A stretch of DNA of 64,000 nucleotides from Synechococcus sp. SP2 MAG. Lineage in GTDB: Bacteria; Cyanobacteriota; Cyanobacteriia; PCC-6307; Cyanobiaceae. The notes under the pieces are model-generated. The model saw only the letters and a program-made list of their open reading frames with translations, did no database searches and was not told the DNA's origin. Made by a program: the position numbers and the translations under genes. This document shows, one piece after another, positions 38,845-48,823 of the stretch; position 1 is the first letter of the stretch, and the number at the start of each line of letters is the position of its first letter. Location of the stretch: the NCBI GenBank assembly GCA_030756895.1, contig JAVBIX010000029.1, forward strand, positions 991 to 64,990, given 5' to 3'.

Positions 38845-39347
38845 TAGCTGGCGGCTGGGGGTGCATCCGTGGGCTTGAGCAAGTTCAAGGCGGATAGGAA
38901 CAGAGACACTCCAAAGATGGTCCCTAAAGCCCAAAGGCTGTCAGAGGGCCATTCGATCACCAAGAGCAATCCGAGGACGGCAGTCACGATTCCATCCACC
39001 ACCACAAGACCTCGAGCTGGTGCATTGGAACTGGCTCCTGTTGCTAATTCCATCAACCCTTCAACAAGCAAGAGCACACCTGCAAACAACGTGAGGCTGA
39101 TTTCACTGTCGATCGGGTCGATCAGAATGAAGACAGCACCACCGATGTAAAGCAGGCCTGACAAGCCTTTAAAGAGTTTCCCTTGATTGTTTGGAATTTC
39201 TCCAATCCGAAGCAGTTGATTGAGCCCAGCCACGAACACAATTCCGCCTAATCCAATGGTGAGAAGGGTTGCTGATGCGAAGGGCAGCAAAATGGCTGCA
39301 ATAGACGCCACAATTAAAAAGACTGCAGCGATACGGCGAGTATTCAT
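38844..39347 (-). CDS. HdeD/DUF308-family membrane protein
   Basis: Six short hydrophobic helices; ends WP.DSLWALG..FGV.L...A. Confidence 0.75.
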   Translation of the reverse strand: MNTRRIAAVFLIVASIAAILLPFASATLLTIGLGGIVFVAGLNQLLRIGEIPNNQGKLFKGLSGLLYIGGAVFILIDPIDSEISLTLFAGVLLLVEGLMELATGASSNAPARGLVVVDGIVTAVLGLLLVIEWPSDSLWALGTIFGVSLFLSALNLLKPTDAPPAAS

Positions 39348-39372
39348 GAAAGCGAACTGTTAGCTCTTCATT

Positions 39373-40272
39373 TTAATGATGGTGCTGGCTTCTTAAAACA
39401 GCTCGGTTTAGCAGCTGCATCCCTCCGTTAATGAGCAAGTTCAAAAGTAGAAAGCTCAGCAAAAGCAGCAAAAAACCTTCAATCGCTCGTCCTGTTTGGG
39501 TGATGGTTGTGTCACTCACCGCGTAGAGATCGGCGTAGCCCACGGCAATCGCCAGGGTGCTGTTTTTGGCAAGGTTCAAATATTGACTGCTGAGTGCTGG
39601 CAGGATTGCTGGGAGAGCCTGAGGTAAAACAATTCGGCGTAAGCCAAGGCCCTCTGTCATGCCAAGACTGCGGAAGGCTTCCCACTGGCCGCGGGGTACG
39701 GAATCGAGTCCACCGCGAACCACTTCTGCAATGGAGGCTCCAGTAAATACGCTGAGTCCTAGGAGGACAGCTGCAAACTCCACACTGAGCGTGACTCCAA
39801 GCAAGCTGATGCCTTGATTGGACAGATGGATCACAGCTCCAAGTGGTGCGAACGGCTCTGAAGGAAGTCCAAGGAAGGCAACGAAATACCAAAACAGAAG
39901 CTGCAATAGAAGAGGAATCTGACGAATGAATCCCACGTAGAGAGCTGCTATTTGCCGCAATAACGGATTCAGGCTGCGACGAGCAGCACCGGTGCTGACG
40001 CCAAGCAGCGTTGCCAGAACAATCCCTGCAAAGATGACGCGCAAGCTGTTGAGCCATCCCATCAGCAAGGCCCAGGCTGTGCTGTCTGAGGATTGATAAG
40101 GAAGGGGGTGCTCACTGAGCGCGAAACCTGCGGGTCGCCAAAGCCAATCAAAACTGAGGCCTAGCCCCGTTCTGATGAGATTGACTGCAAGGTTATTGAT
40201 CAAAATCCCCATCACGGTGAGGAGCCCAATCACGATGATGACCTGCCACCACCAGCGTTTTGAACGATTCAT
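39373..40272 (-). CDS. Amino-acid ABC transporter permease (AapQ/NatG-like)
   Basis: AGFALSE, RQIPLLLQL.FWY, EVVRGG..SVPRGQWEA and KNSTLAIAVGYADL. Confidence 0.9.
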   Translation of the reverse strand: MNRSKRWWWQVIIVIGLLTVMGILINNLAVNLIRTGLGLSFDWLWRPAGFALSEHPLPYQSSDSTAWALLMGWLNSLRVIFAGIVLATLLGVSTGAARRSLNPLLRQIAALYVGFIRQIPLLLQLLFWYFVAFLGLPSEPFAPLGAVIHLSNQGISLLGVTLSVEFAAVLLGLSVFTGASIAEVVRGGLDSVPRGQWEAFRSLGMTEGLGLRRIVLPQALPAILPALSSQYLNLAKNSTLAIAVGYADLYAVSDTTITQTGRAIEGFLLLLLSFLLLNLLINGGMQLLNRAVLRSQHHH

Positions 40273-41321
40273 TGAAATGGTGGTGAGGTCAGGATGCCTC
40301 CATTGCTGTACAAATTATTGAGGCCCCTCGGAATAGGAACAGCACTCTTAGGGCCGAGATGACGATCATAGATTTCACCGTAATTTCCTACTGCTTGGAT
40401 CACTTTGACGATGAAATCGTTGTTTAAACCTAATTTTTGACCCAAATCAGCTTCAACGCCAAGAAAACGCCTTAGTTGTGTGAGTTGAGGACGACTTTGG
40501 GCTTCTGCCAGCTTATTGCCGATGTTTTCTTGTGTAATGCCTAATTCTTCTGCAGCGATCAATGCGTAGATCACCCAGCGCATAGCGTCTGCCAGGCGTT
40601 GATCCCCCCCTGCTGCTAGTGGAGCGAGGGGTTCTTTGCTCAATACTTCAGGGAGAATCACGTGTTGATCTGGGTTGTTAAAACCGGATCTGGCCGCGGC
40701 AAGCTGAGAACGATCTGATGTCATGGCACTGCAGCGACCTTGTAGGTAGCCCGCGATCACTTGATTGAGATCCTGATACTTGATTGGTTTGTAGTCGATG
40801 CCTTTGGCTTGAAAAGCATCGTTGAGGTTTTGCTCGGTCGTGGTGCCTGAGCCAACGCAAATGGTTTTGCCTTTGAGGTTATTGAGATTGGAGATCCCAC
40901 TGCTGCGCTTAACCAAGAGCCCTTGCCCGTCATGAAAGACAACAGGAGCAAAGCTGACGCCGTTGCCTCCCGCGGCATCTCTGCTGAGGTTGAACGTGGT
41001 GTTGCGGGACAGAAGATCAATTTCTCCTGTGCGTAGTGCAGTGAATCGTTCTGGAGCGGTTAATGACCTGTATTGCACCTGATCTGGGCTGCCAGTAAAC
41101 GCTGCTGCAAAGGCGCGACAGATGTCCACATCAAGTCCAGCGAAGGATCCATCCCTTTGCAGAAAACTAAACCCTGGAATCTTGCCGCTGACTCCGCAGC
41201 GAAGCTCGGTTCTCCGTTTGATGAGATCGAGTCTTGAGGCGCCGCCTTCCCCAAGCGTGGCACACCCATTCAAAATGAATAAGAAAGAAACCAGTGGCAG
41301 TGCAAGAAGACGGACTTTCAT
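40269..41321 (-). CDS. Amino-acid ABC transporter substrate-binding protein (AapJ/NatF-like)
   Basis: Lipobox ILNGC; GLDVDICRA, RFTALRTGEIDLLSRNTT, SKEPL and GNYGEIY.R. Confidence 0.9.
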   Translation of the reverse strand: MKVRLLALPLVSFLFILNGCATLGEGGASRLDLIKRRTELRCGVSGKIPGFSFLQRDGSFAGLDVDICRAFAAAFTGSPDQVQYRSLTAPERFTALRTGEIDLLSRNTTFNLSRDAAGGNGVSFAPVVFHDGQGLLVKRSSGISNLNNLKGKTICVGSGTTTEQNLNDAFQAKGIDYKPIKYQDLNQVIAGYLQGRCSAMTSDRSQLAAARSGFNNPDQHVILPEVLSKEPLAPLAAGGDQRLADAMRWVIYALIAAEELGITQENIGNKLAEAQSRPQLTQLRRFLGVEADLGQKLGLNNDFIVKVIQAVGNYGEIYDRHLGPKSAVPIPRGLNNLYSNGGILTSPPFQ

Positions 41322-41414
41322 CTGATTGTTTCTGGTAGGGAACAAGTGTGTCAGAGCTCGTTCATCAGGGTTGATCGTTCTTGTCAACCCAGAGAATTGG
41401 TATAGCTTTCGCAA

Positions 41415-41756
41415 GTGTTCGTGAACAGCTCGATGATGCGAACGCTGGCGGGATCTACCCTGATTTCAGCTCTAATTTTATTTGGAATAGCTACTCCAGC
41501 ACTGGCATGGGAGGAGACTGATCAACAGGCTTATTATAATAAAATGTCTCTTCTTAAAGTAATGCTTGAAGGGGCTCGGATCAGGGCCGTTGAAACGAAT
41601 GACTTGCAAACTCTTTGTCTCATTATGAGCATCGGTAACGACGTAACGGTGCGCTATGTCGAGTTAAATCCGAATGACGTCGAGATCAGCAATCGTCTCG
41701 ACGGCATGCGAAATGATATGACGGCTTGTTTGGCACTCCTCTACAACAAGGAATAA
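41415..41756 (+). CDS. Secreted hypothetical protein
   Basis: Signal peptide ending ALA-W; two Cys. Confidence 0.6.
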   Translation: MFVNSSMMRTLAGSTLISALILFGIATPALAWEETDQQAYYNKMSLLKVMLEGARIRAVETNDLQTLCLIMSIGNDVTVRYVELNPNDVEISNRLDGMRNDMTACLALLYNKE

Positions 41757-41774
41757 TCATCAAGCTGATTCAAA

Positions 41775-43376
41775 TCAACCATGACCTCCCTCAGGTTGGC
41801 TCCCGATTCGTTCAAAAAGATTCAAGCTTTCTTTGTTTAAGCCTTCAACATTTACGACTGATCCACCAAGTCTGAGCTTGCGAATGAGTTGGTTGAGTGC
41901 TCCAACACCACTCTGGTCCCAAATATGTGCCTGACTCATATCAATAGTAATTCTGGCTGGATGATCGTGAACGTCAAATCCCTGTAGGAAATAAATCTTG
42001 CTTACAAAGAACAATTGTCCACTGACCACATAACGACTCTCGTCTTCACTGATTTTGATCGCTTCGACGCGAATGACTTTTGCGACTTTGCGGCTGAATA
42101 AAACACCTGCAAGAGCCACACCGGCTAGGACTCCAAGGGCAAGGTTGTGGGGAGTGGTGAGCATGGTGACCGCAAAAGTCATCACCATCACGGCAGTGTC
42201 ACTTTTGGGGATATTTCGAAGATTACGCAATCCAGCGACATCGGCTGTACTGACCGCAATTCCAATCATGACCGCAACCAAAGCTGCCATGGGGATCTGC
42301 TTGAGCCAAGTACTGCCAAGTAAAATCATCGCTAAGAGGCTGATCCCTGAAGACAGAGTGGAGAGGCGTGTTCGCCCCCCGTTGTCGATGTTCATGACGG
42401 ATTGCCCGACCAACGCGCAGCCAGCCATTCCTCCAAACAAGGAGGACACGATGTTGGCAATTCCCTGGCCTTTCGCTTCAGTATTCTTGTTTGAATTAGA
42501 ATCAGTTCTCTCGTCAAGAATGTCTTGAGTGAGGAATGTTTCCATCAAGCCCACCAGAGAGATCGATAAAGCTGTAGGCAAGACAATCCCAAATGTCTGT
42601 AGATTAAAAGGCACCCTTTGATTACTTACATCTCCAAAGGGAAGGTTGAACATAGGAAGGCCATTGGGAAGTTTGCCAAGATCTTCTACTTTAGGAATAT
42701 TTAAATCTGGAAATATTGAGCTCAGTCCCATGCTGATGGCTGTAATCACAATGATGGCTATCAACTGGGAAGGAAGCGCGCGCGTGATGCGTGGCAGGCC
42801 ATAAATAATGACAAGGCCAAGCAAAACGAGTGGCCAAACAACTGCCATTTGGCTTCCAGTTAGAGCATGCATCGCATGGTCATGTACTGCTTCCCCAAAG
42901 TGCAGATTGATTCCCAATTGCGGAAGTTGAGCCTGAAAGATCAATAAAGCAAGAGCATTCACAAACCCGCTTAAGACACCTAGAGGCACGAACCTCATCT
43001 GATAAGCCAGGCGTAAGTAACCCCAGAGAATCTGGAAGACCCCGGTGAGAATTCCTGCCGCCATCAAGTAGGCCAGCCCCAGTCCTTCCCCTCTCGCATT
43101 TCCTGTCGCCACCAATCCGGTCATCAACAGGGCCGTTGATCCCGTGGCAGAGGTGATCATCGCCGTTCGTCCACCGACGAAGGCAATCGTTATGGAGAGA
43201 CAAAAGGCTCCAAACAATCCAACTCTTGGATCCACGCCTGCAATTCCAGAGAACGCGATCGCTTCTGGAATCATGGCAAAGGCCACGACCAGGCCTGAGA
43301 GAACGTCGCGTCTCGGATTGCTGAACCAGTTTTGAAGTCCCATTGCGGGAGAGGAAGCCATGGGCGTCAGTGCCAC
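41775..43376 (-). CDS. SulP/SLC26-family anion transporter with STAS domain
   Basis: [39 protein letters not shown] and STAS IWDQSGV.AL. Confidence 0.9.
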   Translation of the reverse strand: MALTPMASSPAMGLQNWFSNPRRDVLSGLVVAFAMIPEAIAFSGIAGVDPRVGLFGAFCLSITIAFVGGRTAMITSATGSTALLMTGLVATGNARGEGLGLAYLMAAGILTGVFQILWGYLRLAYQMRFVPLGVLSGFVNALALLIFQAQLPQLGINLHFGEAVHDHAMHALTGSQMAVVWPLVLLGLVIIYGLPRITRALPSQLIAIIVITAISMGLSSIFPDLNIPKVEDLGKLPNGLPMFNLPFGDVSNQRVPFNLQTFGIVLPTALSISLVGLMETFLTQDILDERTDSNSNKNTEAKGQGIANIVSSLFGGMAGCALVGQSVMNIDNGGRTRLSTLSSGISLLAMILLGSTWLKQIPMAALVAVMIGIAVSTADVAGLRNLRNIPKSDTAVMVMTFAVTMLTTPHNLALGVLAGVALAGVLFSRKVAKVIRVEAIKISEDESRYVVSGQLFFVSKIYFLQGFDVHDHPARITIDMSQAHIWDQSGVGALNQLIRKLRLGGSVVNVEGLNKESLNLFERIGSQPEGGHG

Positions 43377-43397
43377 TTTCTTTTCAGGGACCGTATC

Positions 43398-44711
43398 TCA
43401 GAGCGGTGGCAGCAATCCATAAGGATCATGATGTGACTTCAATTGATTGAGGACTGGAAGCCAGTCTTGAAAAGCGTCACAGAGTTCTGCCTTATGGCAG
43501 GACAGGTGTGGATGAATTTGTGCGAGGTGAACGCCAGGGCAGTAATTAGTGAGGATGCTGTTGGCGTGAAAAAGCCAATCCAGCGAGCGTTCCCGCCCTT
43601 CTGCGTCATTTGCGTTCCAAACGGCGTTGATCCAAGGCTTCCAGATTGCATCGCGATGAATGAAGGATGTGCGTGACACGGGAACCTGAGAACTCATTCC
43701 ACCAAGCTGTTGGGCACTGATTTGGCATCCGGGGTGAGGACGCTCGCGTATGAGTTGATTTAGGTCTTTAAGGAGTGAGGGCAATCGCTGGCCCCAGGCT
43801 GGCCCGAGCCTGCTGATGACTTCGCTGTGGTTGTGCCCTTTTGCAGCAGTCGATGTTGCTAAAGCTCCAAATGGGGGCTGAGCATGTTGGCCAGGCACGA
43901 TGGTCATGCTGGATTCAGCGCAGTGGCCAAGCAGCGTTTTCAGCGACTGCACCGCTGCCATCGCGGCAGGGTCGTCAGCGCTACAAGCGATGAACAGCTC
44001 AATTCTTTCGTTCCAGGCCCACTGCAAACTGGCGCTGTGCGTCCATTGTTCCGCCGCCTCAATGGCGATTTCAAGTTGCTGAACGCTGCATACAGCCCTC
44101 CAAATCATTAAAGGTGTGAGCTTCTGCGTCCGCAGTCGAATCGCAGTGACAACAGCCAGGAATGGAGCTGCACCGAGCAGTCCTTTCCACTGTTGATGTG
44201 ATTCCTTGTTAAAGGTTGTTCCAGTGCTGGCAGCAGGGTTGGCAGGCGCTGAAAGGTCAAAAATATTGCCGTTTCCCCAGACACCTCGCAAACCCACGAT
44301 GTGATCCATAGCGAGCCCCTGTAATCGACTCAGCGGACCAACTCCACCTGTGAGTACAAAGCCACATCCTGGAACGGTGGAAAGGCCAACGGGGATCGAG
44401 CGTCCATGGGCTTGAAGACCTTTTAAAACCTCGGCCATGGTGAGCCCGGTCCCAATCTCCACTTCATCTCCTACTTCGCTGATGATCAGCTGGCGATGGC
44501 GCGCTCTTAAGTCGAGTGTCCAAAGTCCATCTGCAGCACAGCGGCTGCTGGTGCCCCCTGCGCAAACCAACAAGGGCGTTGGCTGGATCCCTTGACGGAT
44601 CAGGTTGGAAAGAGAGATTGCATCAGTCGAAATCCAACCCGCTGGATGTGAATCGTCGGCCATTGGATTCCAAAGCGCTGGATGCTTTGTCACGATGTGG
44701 CTCTCATGCAT
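43398..44711 (-). CDS. FAD-linked oxidase (BBE/VAO-like)
   Basis: GGTSS, PGCGFVLTGGVGPLSR..GL..D FAD-binding region; C-terminal K..HDPYG. Confidence 0.75.
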   Translation of the reverse strand: MHESHIVTKHPALWNPMADDSHPAGWISTDAISLSNLIRQGIQPTPLLVCAGGTSSRCAADGLWTLDLRARHRQLIISEVGDEVEIGTGLTMAEVLKGLQAHGRSIPVGLSTVPGCGFVLTGGVGPLSRLQGLAMDHIVGLRGVWGNGNIFDLSAPANPAASTGTTFNKESHQQWKGLLGAAPFLAVVTAIRLRTQKLTPLMIWRAVCSVQQLEIAIEAAEQWTHSASLQWAWNERIELFIACSADDPAAMAAVQSLKTLLGHCAESSMTIVPGQHAQPPFGALATSTAAKGHNHSEVISRLGPAWGQRLPSLLKDLNQLIRERPHPGCQISAQQLGGMSSQVPVSRTSFIHRDAIWKPWINAVWNANDAEGRERSLDWLFHANSILTNYCPGVHLAQIHPHLSCHKAELCDAFQDWLPVLNQLKSHHDPYGLLPPL

Positions 44712-44787
44712 GCCGATGGTCTAGGCAAGACCAAGCGGCGCGATTCAACAACGCCGAGGATAGTGTCGTGGGAGTGGAACGTACCGA

Positions 44788-45903
44788 GTGAGTTCAGATC
44801 CGAGTGCGCCGCAACCATCGGCCTATGGCGTTTTAATTTGCGGCCATGGCAGCAGGAATCGTTTAGCGGTTGAGGAATTTGAACGTCTCGCCATCAGTTT
44901 GCGCCGGCGCATGCATCCCATTCCAGTTGAACACGGGTTTTTGGAATTCGCTAATCCAATCCTTAGGGATGGTTTGGATCGCTTAAGAGAGCAAGGAGTG
45001 GAGCGGGTGCTGGCGATTCCGGCCATGTTGTTTGCGGCAGGCCACGCCAAAAACGACATCCCGTCCGTGCTGAACACATACAGCGCTGAAACGGGCTTGG
45101 AGATTGATTACGGCCGAGAGCTCGGCGTTGATCGATTGATGATTGCAGCGGCTGGCGCTCGGATTCAAGAGACGTTGGACGCAAATCCAGGCGTTCCTTT
45201 ATCTGAAACCATGTTGGTGGTTGTTGGACGGGGGTCATCAGATCCCGATGCCAATTCCAACGTCGCGAAGGTTGCGCGCATGTTGGTTGAAGGTTTTGGT
45301 TTCGGCTGGGGCGAAACCGTCTATTCAGGCGTGACGTTCCCGCTGGTGGAGCCAGGGCTAAGGCATGTGGTGCGCCTTGGTTTTAAGCGCATCATCGTGT
45401 TTCCGTATTTCTTGTTTTCTGGTGTTCTTGTGACCAGGATCCGCCAGCACAGTGAACGGGTCGCCAACGATCACCCCGAGGTGGAATTTCTGCATGCCTC
45501 CTATCTCGGAGACCACGTAAGGGTGCAAGAAACCTTTGTAGAGCGGGTGGATGAAGTGCTTGGTGGAGAGACGGCGATGAATTGCTCGCTCTGTAAATAC
45601 AGAGCACAGGTGTTGGGTTTTGAAACTGAGGTAGGCCTAGCCCAGGCCAGCCACCATCACCACGTTGAGGGATTGACCGATGGCTGCGATTTATGTGAGC
45701 TCGAGTGCACCGGGGCCTGTCAGCCCGACGGAGTGCCAATCCCACTGGGGGGGGGGCATGAGCCTCACTCGCATGGAGTCCACGCTCACGAGCATTCCCA
45801 CGACCATGGGCATCACCCCTACCCGCATGCAGAGCATCCTTTAGGACCAAGCACCCTTCGTGGTCGGAGTGCGGATTCAAAGACGGATGCTCTTGAACCC
45901 TGA
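44788..45903 (+). CDS. cbiX: Sirohydrochlorin cobaltochelatase CbiX (long form)
   Basis: GHGSR, LFAAGHAKNDIP, GRGSSD, MNCSLC, His-rich tail and HPYPHA.HP.G. Confidence 0.88.
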   Translation: MSSDPSAPQPSAYGVLICGHGSRNRLAVEEFERLAISLRRRMHPIPVEHGFLEFANPILRDGLDRLREQGVERVLAIPAMLFAAGHAKNDIPSVLNTYSAETGLEIDYGRELGVDRLMIAAAGARIQETLDANPGVPLSETMLVVVGRGSSDPDANSNVAKVARMLVEGFGFGWGETVYSGVTFPLVEPGLRHVVRLGFKRIIVFPYFLFSGVLVTRIRQHSERVANDHPEVEFLHASYLGDHVRVQETFVERVDEVLGGETAMNCSLCKYRAQVLGFETEVGLAQASHHHHVEGLTDGCDLCELECTGACQPDGVPIPLGGGHEPHSHGVHAHEHSHDHGHHPYPHAEHPLGPSTLRGRSADSKTDALEP

Positions 45904-46297
45904 AGACCCGCCTCTGTCACTACCTTTCTTTGTAAATTTGTCTCACGCAAGTCCAAAGAGACTTAGGGACATAAGCGAGACTAATCAATCAAGTTTCAAG
46001 CTGATTGTTCCTTCGTTTTCCACAGATTTAGCCACGTTTTCCACGGGCTTTTGCACTCGATCCTGGCTGTTTGCTGGGGGGTTGTGGTTTTTCCATTTAT
46101 GCCTCAATTGAACTTGACACCGTGCTGGATGCCAGTAGCCAGTTTCAAATCATCGCTCCACGATCTTCGAAAACCACTGTGCTGGAATGATTCTCATCAG
46201 GGCTTCCCTCTGTTCGACCTGATTTCTTCGGCTTTGACGGCTACCCCCTCCATGTGTCTTCCTAGGTGGGCACCCCTCTGAGGATTGACCCCACTCC

Positions 46298-46588
46298 ATG
46301 GATCGATTTCACCTTGAACATTGCGATAATCATGTTCCTGAATCAGTCAGGGATCTAGAGATTTCATTGGTGAGCATGGAAGCGGAAATTCCCGAAGTTC
46401 TTTATCGCGGAATGAAAGATTTCATTGGATTAAATCCTTCTTGGGATCAATATCAACTTCTTAGTTCTGCAATTGCCCAATTTTTAGTTCAAAACGGTTG
46501 TACTGATCGAGCAGTCACTGAGCGCTATCTTGACGATCTTTTTACGCGTTCTCAGGTTGGAGCGCATGTAGGCAAGCTCTCCTCGTAA
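46298..46588 (+). CDS. DUF2811-like small protein
   Basis: EAEIPE.LY.GM.DFI...P.WDQY.L..SA.A.FL.QNG pattern, from recall. Confidence 0.7.
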   Translation: MDRFHLEHCDNHVPESVRDLEISLVSMEAEIPEVLYRGMKDFIGLNPSWDQYQLLSSAIAQFLVQNGCTDRAVTERYLDDLFTRSQVGAHVGKLSS

Positions 46589-48200
46589 TCGCCATCATCG
46601 TCAAGGTTGGACTTTGCCACGCTGAAGTGGTCCAACATGAGCCATCAACGACCAATACGTTTGGACAGCGCCAGAGGCGATTCCAGGCATCCACAACACT
46701 GTGGTTCTCATCGTTGCCCATTGGAGCTCCACCCAGCTCATGCACGTAGTAGCCAGGCGGAGGTGCACCTGCTTTCATAGCTTCCATAGTGCCGACAATG
46801 GGTTCGATCAGGGGCATCTTGATTAGATCGGTGAGAGGTTGCATTTCCCCTCCACCTAGGCCAATGGCTTCAGCCATCATCGAGTGCATGTGGGCCACCA
46901 TCGCTGTTTCGTTCGCTCCCCAACGGCAGCTGATATAGGGGATGGGAACTCCCCAGCCATCCACTGTTTCCGACAAGCTGACTTTGTTTTGAGCGGAGGG
47001 AAGCACTTCCCCATGACCAATCAAAAAACCCAAACGGCAGTCGGGATTCCTTTTTAACCACCAGGGTGGATCAAAGCGATTGATCGCGCCCCAAAGCCCA
47101 TATCCCCTTGAAAACGGGAGGCCCCCACCACGTTGTGGTGGAAGACTTCCAAAGGGAAGGAAAAAACTTCCGGCCCCCGACAATTGACTACTGGGATCTT
47201 GGTCTTGGAGGGATTCGCGGCCACTCCTGCTTGGCACTTGAAAGAATCGGCAGGTTGAAACGTGATCCATCAAGTGACGCCCGAGGCTTGCTGACGGATC
47301 CTGAAATCCTCCTGCCGTCGCTGAGCATTCTGAGAGCAATAAAAATCGCAGTGAGGCGATAGTTGAAGCGCAGAGAACCACCAAAGGGGCCTCTAGTTCG
47401 ATTCTCTCCCCGTTGCGTTGATCGATGACAACGACACCGCGAGCACGACTTTGATCACCGTTCATTAGCAGGCGTTCTGCCAGGTGCTCTGACAGCATCT
47501 CCACGCGTCCAGTGGAGAGGGCCGATTGGAGACTGCTGCCAGGACTGCTCGATGGCGGCCATGGACACTCTGCGGACGGTTGATGTGCTGCAAAACCGCG
47601 CGAGTGAATCATCTCGATATCTGCCGAGCCCTGGAGGGCAGCAGCCAGCTGTTGTTCTTCTGGGGTGAAACGCAGCGGTGCTGTGGTGCAACCATCTGGG
47701 AGTTGCGCGAGTCCATCTTTGTTGCCATGAAGGGCAAATTGCCGCTCAAGAGCGGAATAGTGCTCATCTAGATCTCGATGGGAAATAGGCCAAGAGTGTC
47801 CGTGACCATCCCGCTCTGCAGCTTTAAATTCCAGATCTGAGAGTCGCAGGGTGATTCCACCCCACGTCAAACTCCTGCCTCCAACCTGGCGCCCTTGCGT
47901 CCAGAGAAAAGGTTGATCTTTTGGAGTGGAGTATGGGTAGCGCCGCTCATCGGCATAGAGAAGTGGATTGTGTTTCCAATAGCCGGGATGCTGAGCTTGC
48001 TGTCGGTGCTGACCACTGAGAAGGCCGCGGACGCGTCGCATGCTGTTGATCGGTTCGCTCCCCAGAGCTGCTTGAGCACTTAGTTGGGGTCCTGTTTCCA
48101 CTACCAGGACTCGAACCCCAGCTTCAGCAAGCGTCTGCGCGGCCACACCACCGGTCGCACCTGAACCGATCACGATGGCTTCGAAGGGTTTCAGCGGCAC
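46542..48200 (-). CDS. GMC-family flavin oxidoreductase
   Basis: IVIGSGATGG, QVGGRSLTWG, LMDH, HELGGA.MG and VVDGS...P.LT.MA. Confidence 0.88.
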   Translation of the reverse strand: MPLKPFEAIVIGSGATGGVAAQTLAEAGVRVLVVETGPQLSAQAALGSEPINSMRRVRGLLSGQHRQQAQHPGYWKHNPLLYADERRYPYSTPKDQPFLWTQGRQVGGRSLTWGGITLRLSDLEFKAAERDGHGHSWPISHRDLDEHYSALERQFALHGNKDGLAQLPDGCTTAPLRFTPEEQQLAAALQGSADIEMIHSRGFAAHQPSAECPWPPSSSPGSSLQSALSTGRVEMLSEHLAERLLMNGDQSRARGVVVIDQRNGERIELEAPLVVLCASTIASLRFLLLSECSATAGGFQDPSASLGRHLMDHVSTCRFFQVPSRSGRESLQDQDPSSQLSGAGSFFLPFGSLPPQRGGGLPFSRGYGLWGAINRFDPPWWLKRNPDCRLGFLIGHGEVLPSAQNKVSLSETVDGWGVPIPYISCRWGANETAMVAHMHSMMAEAIGLGGGEMQPLTDLIKMPLIEPIVGTMEAMKAGAPPPGYYVHELGGAPMGNDENHSVVDAWNRLWRCPNVLVVDGSCWTTSAWQSPTLTMMAITRRACLHALQPENA

Positions 48201-48659
48201 AGCTCAAGCGATGACCTCTTCTTAGTGTCCCTCTTTGCCCACTGATCTTTTTGATCTGATTGGATGTCTGTGACCAGACGCTTCAAGCATCTGATTGAAA
48301 AGCCTTGGTTTGAGCGTCTTAATCGGTTGATCGCGAAGGGAATGTCTTGATTCAATCGTCCTCGACTTTTCAGCCTTAGATGCTGATTTTCCTGGCAAAT
48401 TAAAGATGAGTTTTGTATTTCTAAACCCAACTTGATGATTATCCGTATTCTGGTAACCGGCTCATTGTGGCCCCTAACTTTAAGCCCACGAAGGCTTAAT
48501 TCTGTGATTTTTTTAGACTAATCTTATTTCGGAGTTATATTTTTTTAGAAAGAAATTTGCTTTTGAATCTAGTTTGAAGTGTTGGGAAGCGCTGCTGGGC
48601 CTGGATGCCAAGAATTCCACGATTCTTAGATTCTCAAAAGGCTTAGTTTTTCTGTCATT

Positions 48660-48689
48660 AAAAAACCCCTCATAAAAAAGGGGCTTTTT
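48660..48689 (-). terminator. Intrinsic terminator after tRNA-fMet (potentially bidirectional)
   Basis: CCCCT/AGGGG stem flanked by A6 and T5 tracts, 4 nt from the tRNA 3' end. Confidence 0.7.
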
Positions 48690-48693
48690 GATT

Positions 48694-48770
<77 letters not shown>

Positions 48771-48823
48771 TCGACCCCAAAATTATACAACTTGGTCTAC
48801 GCAAGCTTGCGGATTGTGAGCGT

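Noticed and set aside
37816-41414. Long N-terminal extensions of ABC subunits in the ORF track
   Set aside because: They overlap neighbouring genes or lack homologous character; starts were reset to 37790, 38844 and 41321.
48191-48693. AT-rich stretch after tRNA-fMet as an integrated element, including ORF 48191-48430
   Set aside because: About 500 nt only, with no integrase, no duplicated tRNA end and no motif in the ORF.
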